Notes: generated by a model from the letters alone, not told the origin. A DNA stretch of 37,985 nt from Candidatus Methanofastidiosia archaeon (GCA_003558335.1 PWMA01000144.1:1-37985), one strand, 5' to 3'. Positions 1 through 9,388 are shown, counted from the first letter of the stretch. Numbers and translations: made by a program.

Positions 1-107
1 AAGGTAAAGGAGTTTCTTTTATGGAAAACAATGTTTCATTTCATGGAAAATCTCCCAATGAAGAGGAGTTTAATATAGCCCTCAAGGAGTTGGAGGCGAA
101 ACTATGA
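1..107 (+). CDS. transketolase, N-terminal (TPP-binding) subunit, 3' end only; the gene runs off the left edge
   Basis: The frame starting at nt 3 reads [34 protein letters not shown] and stops at TGA 105-107. The stop overlaps the ATG of the next gene (ATGA), which is the usual layout for split transketolase halves. Confidence 0.6.
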   Translation, partial: GKGVSFMENNVSFHGKSPNEEEFNIALKELEAKL

Positions 108-1045
108 ATGGATTTGGTGTACCAAGGGAAGTATATGGTGAAACTCTCTTTGAGCTTGGCGAATCTAGAAAAGATATAGTAGTATTGGATGCTGATTTGT
201 CCTCTTCTACAAAAACTTCATCTTTTGCAAAGAAGTTCCCCGACAGGTTTTTTAATGTTGGTGTTGCCGAACAGAACATGATGGGAATTGCTGCTGGCCT
301 TGCCACCACTGGAAAAACTGTTTTTGCTTCATCCTTTGCAATGTTTGCCATAGGGAGAGTATATGATCAGATAAGACAATCTATAGCATACCCCAAGATG
401 AATGTCAAAATTGTTGCAACACATGCAGGCATAACAGTTGGAGAGGATGGTGTTTCCCATCAGATGATTGAAGATTTATCTTTGACATGTGCACTTCCTC
501 ATATGAAAGTCTTAGTTCCAGCAGATGCACTGGAAACAAGAAAAACAATAAAAGAAGTATCTGCTGAGAAAGGTCCAACTTACGTAAGACTTGGAAGAAG
601 CAAAGTTCCCAATATATTTGAAAACGAAGACGAAATTAAACTAGGAAAAGCTGCAACATTATTGGACGGTGATGATTTAACAATAATTGGAATGGGTGTA
701 ATGGTTTCAAAATCACTTGAAGCTGCTCAAAAACTAAAGAAAGAAGGAATATCTGCAGGTGTTATTAATTTAAGCACATTAAAACCAATTGATAGACTTG
801 GAATACTAAAAGCTGCCAAAAAAACTGGGTGTGTTGTCACTGCTGAAGAACACAATATATATATGGGTATGGGTGCATTAGTTTCTTCAATACTTTCGGA
901 AGAATATCCTGTTCCTATACTAAGGTGTGGCATAAAAGACACTTTTGCCCAAAGTGGTGATTATGAGCAATTAATGCAGATATACAACCTAACTTCAGAA
1001 GAAATATATAAACTTTCAAAAAAAGTTATAACTATGAAAAAATAA
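104..1045 (+). CDS. transketolase, C-terminal (pyrimidine-binding) subunit
   Basis: 313 aa. [27 protein letters not shown] and [14 protein letters not shown] are classic motifs of the transketolase C-terminal half. Translationally coupled to the upstream fragment. Confidence 0.93.
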   Translation: MNGFGVPREVYGETLFELGESRKDIVVLDADLSSSTKTSSFAKKFPDRFFNVGVAEQNMMGIAAGLATTGKTVFASSFAMFAIGRVYDQIRQSIAYPKMNVKIVATHAGITVGEDGVSHQMIEDLSLTCALPHMKVLVPADALETRKTIKEVSAEKGPTYVRLGRSKVPNIFENEDEIKLGKAATLLDGDDLTIIGMGVMVSKSLEAAQKLKKEGISAGVINLSTLKPIDRLGILKAAKKTGCVVTAEEHNIYMGMGALVSSILSEEYPVPILRCGIKDTFAQSGDYEQLMQIYNLTSEEIYKLSKKVITMKK

Positions 1046-1067
1046 GAACTGTTTAGAGGAGATAAAA

Positions 1068-1721
1068 ATGAAATTTTTTTTGGACACTGCAAACATTGAA
1101 TATATTAGAGAAGCAGCAAGCCTTGGATTAATTGAAGGAGTTACAACAAATCCATCACTAATCTCTAAGGAAGATAAACCTTTCAAAGATATAATTCAAG
1201 AGATATGTAAAATTGTAAACGGGCCAATATCAGCTGAAGTCACGGCATCTGATTCTAAAGGTATGATAGAAGAAGCATTGAAACTATCAGAAATTCATGA
1301 AAATGTTGTAATAAAAGTTCCAATTACAAAAGATGGGCTAAAAGCCGTTAAAGAACTATCTACAAAAGGGGTAAAGACAAACGTTACACTTATTTTCTCT
1401 GCAACTCAAGCGCTTCTGGCAGCCAAAGCAGGAGCCTCTTATGTTTCTCCTTTTGTTGGAAGATTGGATGATATATCCACAGAAGGAATGAACCTTGTAG
1501 CAGAAATTCAACAAATATACAGAAACTACCTTTTCGAAACAGAAGTTATAATCGCAAGTATCAGAAATCCTGTGCATGTTTTACAATCGGCACTTATGGG
1601 CGCAGACATTGCAACTGTCCCCTACGATGTTTTAATGAAACTCATTGATCACCCCCTAACAAACATAGGTATTGAAAATTTTTTAAGAGACTGGAAAAAG
1701 GTAGAAAACAAGGAGATTTAA
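1068..1721 (+). CDS. tal: transaldolase / fructose-6-phosphate aldolase family (short TalC/FSA type)
   Basis: 217 aa. [13 protein letters not shown]...GVTTNPSL and the Schiff-base region VIKVPIT are present. AGGAG-type SD (GAGGAG) lies upstream of the ATG. Confidence 0.92.
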   Translation: MKFFLDTANIEYIREAASLGLIEGVTTNPSLISKEDKPFKDIIQEICKIVNGPISAEVTASDSKGMIEEALKLSEIHENVVIKVPITKDGLKAVKELSTKGVKTNVTLIFSATQALLAAKAGASYVSPFVGRLDDISTEGMNLVAEIQQIYRNYLFETEVIIASIRNPVHVLQSALMGADIATVPYDVLMKLIDHPLTNIGIENFLRDWKKVENKEI

Positions 1722-1724
1722 TTC

Positions 1725-2396
1725 ATGGTTAAAATTGCACCTTCAATTCTTTCTGCTGACTTTTCTAAACTAGGTGACGAAATAATGGAAACAGAAAATT
1801 CAGGTGCAGATTTAATACATATAGATGTAATGGATGGGCACTTTGTTCCTAACATTACTATAGGGCCTTTAGTCATTGAAGCAATATCAAAATTTACAAA
1901 CCTGCCAATGAACGTTCACCTGATGATTGAAAATCCTTCTGCCTACATAGAGACATTTGCCAAAGCCCTTGCTAAAAATGATAGGGATGTATCCCTTGAT
2001 TACTTGTCTTTTCACATAGAAGCCTTTTACCATTCACACAGACTCTTAAACAAAATTAGAGAACTTGGTATAAAATCAGGAATAGCTTTGAATCCTTCAA
2101 CACCTCTAAGCTCAATAACACACCTTTTAGATTCTATGGATTTGCTCATTTTAATGACTGTAAATCCTGGATTTGGCGGCCAGAGCTTTATAGAATCTAT
2201 GTTACCAAAAATTAAAGAAGCTAAAAAATTAGTAAGAGGCAGCGATATAGAGATTTTAGTAGATGGTGGAGTTTCCGAAAAAAACATAAAAAAAATTAGA
2301 GATGCAGGTGCCGACATTCTTGTAGCAGGCGCAGCAGTGTATAATGATAAAGCTAGTATAAAAAACAACATTATTCGATTAAAGGCTCTGGTCTAG
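1725..2396 (+). CDS. rpe: ribulose-phosphate 3-epimerase
   Basis: 223 aa. IAPSILSADFSKLGDEI, HIDVMDGHFVPNITIGP and MTVNPGFGGQSF are present. Third gene of the tkt-tal-rpe operon. Confidence 0.93.
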   Translation: MVKIAPSILSADFSKLGDEIMETENSGADLIHIDVMDGHFVPNITIGPLVIEAISKFTNLPMNVHLMIENPSAYIETFAKALAKNDRDVSLDYLSFHIEAFYHSHRLLNKIRELGIKSGIALNPSTPLSSITHLLDSMDLLILMTVNPGFGGQSFIESMLPKIKEAKKLVRGSDIEILVDGGVSEKNIKKIRDAGADILVAGAAVYNDKASIKNNIIRLKALV

Positions 2397-2829
2397 AAAG
2401 TTCGTACTCTAAAAGTTCTTTTACTTTTTCTTTATTTCTAGCCATTTTTAATATTTCTACACACAATTTTCTCTTCAATGCAAAATATTTTTCATAACCA
2501 TCTTGGTCGTTATATATTCTAGCCAAAGCATCATCTCTGCCACCCATGCACCCACTTCTTCTCATACAACAATATGACAGGGATTTGAAACAAACAAGAT
2601 CGTACTTCCAATTGTGTTCTTCTGAGAATTTATTTTTAACACTAATATATTCTTCTTTGGTTATTCCTAGTTCTTCCAAAGCCTTGGGCAGGCTACATTT
2701 AAATGAAAACGTTAAAGAATATCCAGGATGACAACAGAAAGAAATTGCTCTTAAATCTCCTCCAAAACATATAGGGACAGGAGCAAATTTCCATCCTGGA
2801 ACCATTCTAGTATTGTTAAGATTAATCAT
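2371..2829 (-). CDS. hypothetical cysteine-rich protein (9 Cys; possible metal or Fe-S binding)
   Basis: 152 aa ORF with Cys at ICFGG, FCCHPGY, FKCS, LVCF, SYCCMRRSGCMGG and KLCV. I recognise no family. It lies 49 nt downstream of, and co-directional with, the ZnuA-like gene. Its 3' end overlaps the rpe 3' end by 26 nt. Confidence 0.55.
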   Translation of the reverse strand: MINLNNTRMVPGWKFAPVPICFGGDLRAISFCCHPGYSLTFSFKCSLPKALEELGITKEEYISVKNKFSEEHNWKYDLVCFKSLSYCCMRRSGCMGGRDDALARIYNDQDGYEKYFALKRKLCVEILKMARNKEKVKELLEYELSRPEPLIE

Positions 2830-2878
2830 TAAAAGAAACGAATTAAAAGAATTTATAAGTGTTTGTTTATTAAAAAAA

Positions 2879-3847
2879 TTAATTATTTTTATTATAGAGG
2901 ATAGCGCCTAATGCAATTGTTATTATTAATAATATTGCAGATAATCCTTGGAATACTACTATCTGATTTGAAATTGAGGATATCTCTGATTTTAGTAGTG
3001 CTATCTCTTCCGACTCATTTTGAAGTCTTTTTATTGAACTAAATAACTGATCTGCATTATACTGGATCATTTCCGATACTGTATCGGTTCCTGGAATGGC
3101 TTCAGGAAAATTGGAAAAAACTATATGTCTTCCCCCAATTTCTTCTGCCATTTGTGCTCCAAGTGAGGTTCCACTCTGCAGATTGTCAATAATAAATGTA
3201 ACATCTTCTTCTTTTCCTATTCTAACTAGGTTTTGAACAGTTTGTATCGACAATGTTTCAGGGGATTTATATGTATCAACAATTTCAAGCCCTATCCAGT
3301 TTGTAAAAGCAGTCTGCCATTCCATTGCAATTGCTTTATAATTTGATACTCCAAGTTGTTCTGCCTCAGCCAATATTTTCTGATTTAACTCTTCCAATTC
3401 TTTTGATATATCCGCTGCGTTTTTTTCATAATACTCTTTATTTTGTGGATCTACTTCTATTAAAGCATTTTTAATAGCATTAATTCTTTCTATGGCAAGA
3501 GGAGGTGTACCCCACGGCCCTGGCAAGAAAAGTTTTCTTACGTTTCTATTTTCAGATGCCCTTATCATATCATCAAGCCATGGCTCAATACCGTGGTATA
3601 CTATTAGCGATGCAGCATTGACTTCTGATATTACGCTAGGTCTTACATCAAAATGATCTGGACAAACACCAGGTTGGACTAAAGATATAGCATCTACTTT
3701 ATCCCCACCGACCTCCTGTACAAAATACTTCATTGTCGTTGTAGTACAAATTATTTTCGTTTTTTCTGCTGAAGAAAATGTAGGCATAAAAGATATAATC
3801 AACCCAAAAATGAAAATACATACTAAAATTTTTTTTATAATAATCAC
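2879..3847 (-). CDS. metal (Zn/Mn/Fe) ABC-type substrate-binding protein, ZnuA/TroA-like, with N-terminal signal peptide and C-terminal TM anchor
   Basis: 322 aa. Hydrophobic N-terminus ending FSSAEK. KIICTTTTMKYFVQEVGGDKVDAISLVQPGVCPDHFDVRPS resembles the cluster-9 SBP motif (G.DPH.Y.P.P). C-terminal hydrophobic stretch VVFQGLSAILLIITIALGAILY followed by NKNN. Confidence 0.7.
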   Translation of the reverse strand: MIIIKKILVCIFIFGLIISFMPTFSSAEKTKIICTTTTMKYFVQEVGGDKVDAISLVQPGVCPDHFDVRPSVISEVNAASLIVYHGIEPWLDDMIRASENRNVRKLFLPGPWGTPPLAIERINAIKNALIEVDPQNKEYYEKNAADISKELEELNQKILAEAEQLGVSNYKAIAMEWQTAFTNWIGLEIVDTYKSPETLSIQTVQNLVRIGKEEDVTFIIDNLQSGTSLGAQMAEEIGGRHIVFSNFPEAIPGTDTVSEMIQYNADQLFSSIKRLQNESEEIALLKSEISSISNQIVVFQGLSAILLIITIALGAILYNKNN

Positions 3848-3954
3848 CTCTTGATATTACTAATATGTTTTTCGTGTTACGAATAGACTTTAACTAACTA
3901 TATAAATGTATTGCATTTGATTTATCTATTTAGAATATATAAACTATATTCAAT

Positions 3955-3965
3955 AAATATATAAG
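3955..3965 (+). promoter_or_regulatory. TATA box (AAATATATAAG) about 28 nt upstream of the arsC ATG; implies a leaderless or near-leaderless mRNA
   Basis: A/T-rich TATA-like octamer at archaeal -26/-28 spacing from ATG 3988. No SD lies between them. Confidence 0.4.
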
Positions 3966-3987
3966 CCAGATTTATTTTTTATCAGAC

Positions 3988-4422
3988 ATGAAGAAAACTA
4001 AGGTTATTATTTTATGTACAGGTAACTCTGCAAGAAGTCAAATGGCCGAAGCTTTTTTGAAAAAATATGGGTCTGAATACTTTGAAGTATATAGCGCTGG
4101 ATTTGAACCCAAAGGGATAAATCCATATACAATAAAAGTCATGGAGGAAAAAGGTATTGATATGTCAGACCATACTTCAAAGGAACTTAGAGAATACCTG
4201 GGAACAGTACATTTTGGAATAGTTATTACTGTATGTGACAGAGCTGAAAAAACTTGCCCTACGATGCCTGGAATTTCAAGAAGATTATTTTGGCCTTTTG
4301 AAGATCCAGCCTCTTTTAACGGAACGGAAGAAGATATAATAGATAAATTTAGAGAAATCAGAGATTTAATTGAAGAAAAAATTATATCTTGGGTTAAAGA
4401 ATATAGAGCATCATCAAAATAA
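3988..4422 (+). CDS. arsC: arsenate reductase, thioredoxin-coupled LMW-PTP family
   Basis: 144 aa. ILCTGNSARSQMAEAF (CX5R P-loop) plus VITVCDRAEKTCP (downstream Cys pair). Confidence 0.88.
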   Translation: MKKTKVIILCTGNSARSQMAEAFLKKYGSEYFEVYSAGFEPKGINPYTIKVMEEKGIDMSDHTSKELREYLGTVHFGIVITVCDRAEKTCPTMPGISRRLFWPFEDPASFNGTEEDIIDKFREIRDLIEEKIISWVKEYRASSK

Positions 4423-4476
4423 CAATACATTATCCATTTGAGTAAATTATTTAAAGTTGAAAATTAATCATGATAT

Positions 4477-5550
4477 GTGGTAAAAATGAAAAAGATACTA
4501 GTATTTTTAATAATGTTTGCACTTTTATTGCCTAGCGTTTATGCAGTAGAGAGTATAAGAGGGCAAGATGGAAAGATTGTAACAATAGAACACAATGTTT
4601 ATGATGATCTGATTGTTTCAGGGAGCCAAATTATAATAAATGGGACTATCTATGGAGATCTTTTTGCAGCTGGTGGAGAAATAATTATCAATGGAAATAT
4701 AGGTGGAGATGCTTATATCGCTGGCGGAAATGTAATTATTAATGGACAAATCAAAGGTGGACTTGTCATAGCTGCGGGTCACGCCACAATAACTGGTAGA
4801 ACTGATAAAATAATTGCTGCCTGTGGCGACTTATCAACAAAAGGACACACTGATAAAATAATTGCCGCCGCCGGAAAAGTCACTATGGGTCCAACTTCAC
4901 TCGTTAATAGATATGCGTATATAAGTTCTGGCAGTTTTGAAAATCAAGGAGTTATCAAAGGAGAGTTAAATCTTACCACTGAAGAGTTAATACAAAGAGG
5001 TTCTGTTGGATCATTTAAATACCAGAGGAGTAACATAGGCGGACTTGGAAGAGCATTTTTTGAAGGTATCAGATCTATATTCACAGTTTTTTCAATACTT
5101 GCATCTATAGGAATGTTAGTTCTAGGAATATTAATTATATTATTGTTCCCAAAGCCATTCTTTAGAGTTGAAAAAGAAGTTGAAAAAGATCCGGTTTTAA
5201 GGACATTGATTGGATTTCTACTTATTATAGCAACAATCATTGCTTTACTTATATTGGCAGTGACAATAGTAGGTTTGCCAATTGTAGCAATAATTGGAAC
5301 ACTCTTTTTAGCAGCTTTGATTACCTCGGTATTATTCGTTTCTTACTGCACAGGTAATTTCATTACAAAGAAACTAAACATTAAAACTAGTGATGTAGGA
5401 ATTTTCATAATAGGCTTCGTTATACTTACAATTCTAAAGCTAATACCTGTTCTGGGATTAATTGTCAATGTAGTTGTAGTAAGTCTTGGATTTGGAGCAA
5501 TATTCTACACTCTTAAAAATAACTGGAACGTAATAACAGCAAAAAATTAA
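4477..5550 (+). CDS. membrane protein: signal peptide, Gly-rich beta-helix-like (bactofilin/DUF583-like) repeats, then a C-terminal polytopic TM domain
   Basis: 357 aa. MKKILVFLIMFALLLPSVYA is followed by repeated units G(D/G)x(I/V)IINGxI(x)GD. About 5 hydrophobic helices occupy the last ~160 aa. The start may be ATG 4486 rather than GTG 4477. Confidence 0.6.
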   Translation: MVKMKKILVFLIMFALLLPSVYAVESIRGQDGKIVTIEHNVYDDLIVSGSQIIINGTIYGDLFAAGGEIIINGNIGGDAYIAGGNVIINGQIKGGLVIAAGHATITGRTDKIIAACGDLSTKGHTDKIIAAAGKVTMGPTSLVNRYAYISSGSFENQGVIKGELNLTTEELIQRGSVGSFKYQRSNIGGLGRAFFEGIRSIFTVFSILASIGMLVLGILIILLFPKPFFRVEKEVEKDPVLRTLIGFLLIIATIIALLILAVTIVGLPIVAIIGTLFLAALITSVLFVSYCTGNFITKKLNIKTSDVGIFIIGFVILTILKLIPVLGLIVNVVVVSLGFGAIFYTLKNNWNVITAKN

Positions 5551-5598
5551 TTTTTCTTTTTTTAATAAAGACCATAATTTAATAAGAGAAAAATTTTA

Positions 5599-6690
5599 TT
5601 GGATATTGTGGAAATAACAGTTGTAGGTGCTGGCCCAGCCGGACTTTTGGTTTCAAGTCGCTTGAGTAATGCAGGATACAAAGTAAATATAATCGAAGAG
5701 CACAAAAATATTGGGGCACCTGTATCATGCTCTGGACTAATTGGTAAGGATTTTTTTCAAAATTTTAAAGATTTTGATTTTAAAAATTCTGTCAAAAATA
5801 AAATAGATGGCGCAAAGATATTTCTTGGAGAGGACTCATTTGAACTTGAAAGAAAAGGCGTTTCGTATGTTGTCGACAGATGCCTATTTGACCAATCAAT
5901 ATCAAAAAATCTTAATGTTTCTCTAAATGAAAAATTTGTTTCATTTAAAAGGAATAATGAAAAAATCATAATAAAAACTGACAAAAGAAAATTTTCAACA
6001 GATCTACTTATTGGGGCGGATGGGCCTAACTCCAAGATAAGATCCCAGGGATTTAAATTTTATGTAAAAAAATATGTAGGATATCAAGTTAGAATTAAGA
6101 CTAATTTAGATTTAGACAAATTTGTTGAAGTCCATATAGAAAAACCTTTTTTTAATTGGATCATACCTGAAGGAGAAGGTATATTTAGAATAGGCACTGT
6201 TTCTGATAATCCAAAAGAAACTATTGAAAAATTCATAAGAAAAAACCAAATCAAAGGAAAACAGATTGATGTACAGGCCGGAATTATACCTATAGGTAGA
6301 GGGGAGATCTACAAAGATAGAGTTTTTCTTCTAGGTGATGCAGCATGTCAAGTAAAGCCTTTGACAGGTGGCGGAGTATATTATGGAGCTTTAGCTTCAG
6401 AATTCTTGACAAGGTCTATCAATACATATGATTACGCTAGTTATTCTCAGATGTGTGATAAAATAATAGGAAAAGAAATAAGAAGAGGGTTATTATTAAG
6501 AAAGATTTATGAAAATCTAAATGAAAAAGAACTCAAATCCATATTTACATTTATTAAATCAAAAAAGCAAGAGCTTGAGGAATATGGTCAGTTTGATGAA
6601 CACTCTAAAACAATTCTTTCTTTAATAAAAGATCCAAAAATATTGTCTTTTACACCAATATTGCTTAAAACATATCTTAGAAATCTCTAA
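5599..6690 (+). CDS. geranylgeranyl reductase family FAD-dependent oxidoreductase
   Basis: 363 aa. VVGAGPAGLLVSSRLSNAGYKVNIIEE (Rossmann GxGxxG), APVSCSGLI and LLGDAACQVKPLTGGGVYYG are typical of archaeal GGR. The annotated start is TTG. Confidence 0.78.
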   Translation: MDIVEITVVGAGPAGLLVSSRLSNAGYKVNIIEEHKNIGAPVSCSGLIGKDFFQNFKDFDFKNSVKNKIDGAKIFLGEDSFELERKGVSYVVDRCLFDQSISKNLNVSLNEKFVSFKRNNEKIIIKTDKRKFSTDLLIGADGPNSKIRSQGFKFYVKKYVGYQVRIKTNLDLDKFVEVHIEKPFFNWIIPEGEGIFRIGTVSDNPKETIEKFIRKNQIKGKQIDVQAGIIPIGRGEIYKDRVFLLGDAACQVKPLTGGGVYYGALASEFLTRSINTYDYASYSQMCDKIIGKEIRRGLLLRKIYENLNEKELKSIFTFIKSKKQELEEYGQFDEHSKTILSLIKDPKILSFTPILLKTYLRNL

Positions 6691-6722
6691 AACCTTTTAA
6701 ATTATTCATTTTCATTTGTGTA

Positions 6723-7901
6723 ATGAAATACGTTGTAGTTTGTGGAGACGGAATGCCAGATTATCCTCTAGAAAATAAAGAGGGCAAGACAGTTCTTGAA
6801 CTTTGTGATATACCAAATATGGACATGATTGCAAGAGAAGGCGCAATGGGCGAGCTATTAACAGTTCCGAATGGATTTGAGGCTGGCTCTGATGTTGCAA
6901 ATCTTTCACTTTTAGGTTATAATCCTAAACATTATTACACCGGCAGAGGACCTCTTGAAGCATATAGCATAGGCGTTGATCTAGACGAAAATGATATAGC
7001 TTTTAGGTGTAATTTAATAACTGAAGAAAATGGGATTTTAAAGGATTATTCTTCAGGCCACATAACAACACCAGAATCAAAAGAACTTATTAATAGAGTT
7101 TCCCAATCTTTTGAAGTTGGTAAATTTTACCCTGGTATTAGTTATAGACATTTATTTATTTGCAAAGGAGAAGACGATTATGTCTCCACTCCCCCTCACA
7201 ACATAGTTGGTCAAAAAGTATCCGATTATCTCCTCAAAGGCCAAAATGCAGATATATTAAATAAAATGATGCTTGATTCAAAAAATATACTAACAAACCA
7301 TCCTATAAATCTAAAAAGAGTTTCAGAAGGAAAAAATCCTGGGAATATGATATGGATCTGGGGACAAGGAAAGAAAGTTCACATGGAGCCCTTTTCTGAA
7401 AAATTTGGACTAAAAGGTGGAGTAATATCTGCCGTTGACCTCATAAAAGGAATAGGATATGGGGCAAAAATGAAGGTCATCAATGTTCCAGGCGCAACAG
7501 GTTTTATAGATACAAACTATGAAGGCAAAGCAGATTATGCTATAAAAGCTTTAGAAGATATAGATTTAATCTATATCCATGTCGAAGCTCCAGACGAAGC
7601 GGGACATTTTGGAGATCTCGAAATGAAGATTAAAGCAATAGAAGACCTAGATAAAAGAGTTGTAGGAAGACTTCTAAATAAACTCCAAGAGAAAGGATTT
7701 GAATACAATATAAGCATAGTTGCTGACCATCCTACACCTATAAACCTAAAAACTCATGTTCCAGATCCAGTACCTTTTGCAGTGTATAAGGAGAACATTC
7801 AAAAAGACAAATCATCCAATTATAGCGAAAAAGAAGCAAAGATAGGAAGATTGGGATTGAGAGAGGGAAGTGAATTTATAAATCTTTTAAAGAGCCAATA
7901 A
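6723..7901 (+). CDS. apgM: 2,3-bisphosphoglycerate-independent phosphoglycerate mutase, archaeal type
   Basis: 392 aa. VVCGDGMPDYP...GKTVLE...IPNMDMIAREG, GSDVANLSLLGYNP..YYTGRGPLEA and HVEAPDEAGH are present. Confidence 0.9.
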   Translation: MKYVVVCGDGMPDYPLENKEGKTVLELCDIPNMDMIAREGAMGELLTVPNGFEAGSDVANLSLLGYNPKHYYTGRGPLEAYSIGVDLDENDIAFRCNLITEENGILKDYSSGHITTPESKELINRVSQSFEVGKFYPGISYRHLFICKGEDDYVSTPPHNIVGQKVSDYLLKGQNADILNKMMLDSKNILTNHPINLKRVSEGKNPGNMIWIWGQGKKVHMEPFSEKFGLKGGVISAVDLIKGIGYGAKMKVINVPGATGFIDTNYEGKADYAIKALEDIDLIYIHVEAPDEAGHFGDLEMKIKAIEDLDKRVVGRLLNKLQEKGFEYNISIVADHPTPINLKTHVPDPVPFAVYKENIQKDKSSNYSEKEAKIGRLGLREGSEFINLLKSQ

Positions 7902-7903
7902 TA

Positions 7904-9220
7904 TTATTTTTTTCCTTCTCTGACCTTTTTATCATCTTCTTTTTTAATCGCAGCCCTAACCATCTGGATAACAGAACTGTTTATTTGGTACTTTCCCTTT
8001 TCACTGGTCAATATCCCCATAGCCACAAGTTCTTCAAGTTTGGCGTATTGCTTTGTTACTGGTTCGTGAGTGTCTTTTGCAAGTTGAATATATGTAACAG
8101 GGCCTCCACCGTACTTTTCAATTATTATCCTGACATCTTCCCTTAGATCTGAGGGGACTCTTCTAATATACTCTTCAATTGAGGTAGGTCCAGTTAAAAC
8201 CTTTGCAATATACCTATCATCTATAAACTCTACAAAACTTTCCCTTGTAGCTGTAAACAAAGTAGTATGAAGTATCTTTAGTAGTTCTCTAGGATTTCCC
8301 TTTGCCATACTATTTGCAAGCATTATGGCACTATCTTCAAATGGGTAGAGTGGATTCATCATGGATTTTTTTCTGTTATATTCGAGTCTTTTCTGAACAA
8401 GTTTTATTGCCCTTTCGTCAGTAAGTGATTCTGAGAACATCTCACTATGAAGTCTTGCTATAAAAGCCGGATTTATTTCTCTTATCTTCTCGTAAGCATT
8501 GTTTGTACATCCCATGATAAAAACACAAGATTCCGGCATATTGCTTATAAACTCTCTCAAAAATTCAAAGAAAAGAATAAGATCAGTGTTAGAAGCTGTT
8601 AGGATATTTTCCATTTCATCTATTATTAGCGCAGATCTCTTATATTCTCCTAAATATTCTATCATCTGATTTCCAATATCTTGGGAATTGTAATTTAATC
8701 GGGTAAGTTCATAGTTTTCCACTGGAGCCTGTATTTTCTCTCTCGTAAAAAATCTCTTTATTTTTTGGAAAAAAGATATCTTTTCTTCTGGATATGATTG
8801 CCCATAATAATCTTCCTCTCCATATTCGTATTCCTGTGGATATGTAGTTTGATAAGTTTCCCCTAGGTCTTCTTCCTCTTCAGGGAAATAAGAAAAGATA
8901 TCTAAAGTCGTTTTTATAATATCATTTGAGTCAATCTTTTGATAGATTGACATACCTCCTGATTCTTGTATGAGTTTATGAACACCTTTTAATCTCTGAG
9001 TTTTCCCTGAGCCCAAAGGCCCAACAACTGAAAATGCTATGCCTGAATTTTCACCAATAACATCAGACAGTATATCTGCAATACGAGAATCTATCTCTTG
9101 AGAAACATGAATCTTTTCTATATCTTTTATAGCTTCAGATGATAAATCAGTAAATGGATTTTTTTCTAGCCCGAATCTTTCATATGAAGAAGAAACATCA
9201 ATTTTAAACATAATTATCAC
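7904..9220 (-). CDS. AAA+ P-loop ATPase with C-terminal winged-helix domain (Orc1/Cdc6-like and ExeA/AAA_22-like features)
   Basis: 438 aa. N-terminal FGLEKNPF, Walker A GPLGSGKT, Walker B ALIIDEME, sensor-1-like MGCTNN, GNPRELLKIL (like the Cdc6 GDAR.A..LL) and a C-terminal wHTH-like GGPVTYIQLAKDT...LVAMGIL. A 36-aa acidic/Tyr-rich insert sits between Walker A and B. Confidence 0.7.
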   Translation of the reverse strand: MIIMFKIDVSSSYERFGLEKNPFTDLSSEAIKDIEKIHVSQEIDSRIADILSDVIGENSGIAFSVVGPLGSGKTQRLKGVHKLIQESGGMSIYQKIDSNDIIKTTLDIFSYFPEEEEDLGETYQTTYPQEYEYGEEDYYGQSYPEEKISFFQKIKRFFTREKIQAPVENYELTRLNYNSQDIGNQMIEYLGEYKRSALIIDEMENILTASNTDLILFFEFLREFISNMPESCVFIMGCTNNAYEKIREINPAFIARLHSEMFSESLTDERAIKLVQKRLEYNRKKSMMNPLYPFEDSAIMLANSMAKGNPRELLKILHTTLFTATRESFVEFIDDRYIAKVLTGPTSIEEYIRRVPSDLREDVRIIIEKYGGGPVTYIQLAKDTHEPVTKQYAKLEELVAMGILTSEKGKYQINSSVIQMVRAAIKKEDDKKVREGKK

Positions 9221-9229
9221 ATATTTTAT

Positions 9230-9247
9230 TAAAGATTATCATCTTTA
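9230..9247. promoter_or_regulatory. inverted repeat TAAAGAT-N4-ATCTTTA in the divergent promoter region. A second pair TAAAGA-N12-TCTTTA lies at 9295-9318.
   Basis: Read directly from the sequence between the ATPase-wHTH gene and the TM-protein/Lon-protease operon. AT-rich hexamers are expected by chance in this genome. Confidence 0.25.
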
Positions 9248-9388
9248 GGCATAAGTTTGGTTTATATTAAAAAATAATAATGTAAAAAACTATTTAAAGA
9301 TTTCGGTAATCGTCTTTATTTTATACTTTCAAAAAACATGTTATATATTACAGAAAAAGTTATAAGCAATTTTATATACCTGTTATTA

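Noticed and set aside
4038-4430. 130-aa minus-strand ORF fully antisense to arsC. Similar antisense ORFs occur at 82-351, 727-942, 1356-1577, 2027-2371, 4944-5240, 5757-6035, 10209-10559, 17562-17933, 18948-19286, 19783-20106, 31190-31438 and 32153-32794.
   Set aside because: Each lies entirely within a gene that has strong family motifs on the other strand. Their translations are low-complexity or hydrophobic with no motifs. They are typical shadow ORFs in AT-rich DNA.
9221-9388. Possible replication origin next to the Orc1/Cdc6-like ATPase.
   Set aside because: I found no ORB or mini-ORB type repeats (no G-rich tail elements) and no repeat-flanked unwinding element. Only short TAAAGA inverted repeats are present. 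The ATPase is too divergent to call an initiator.
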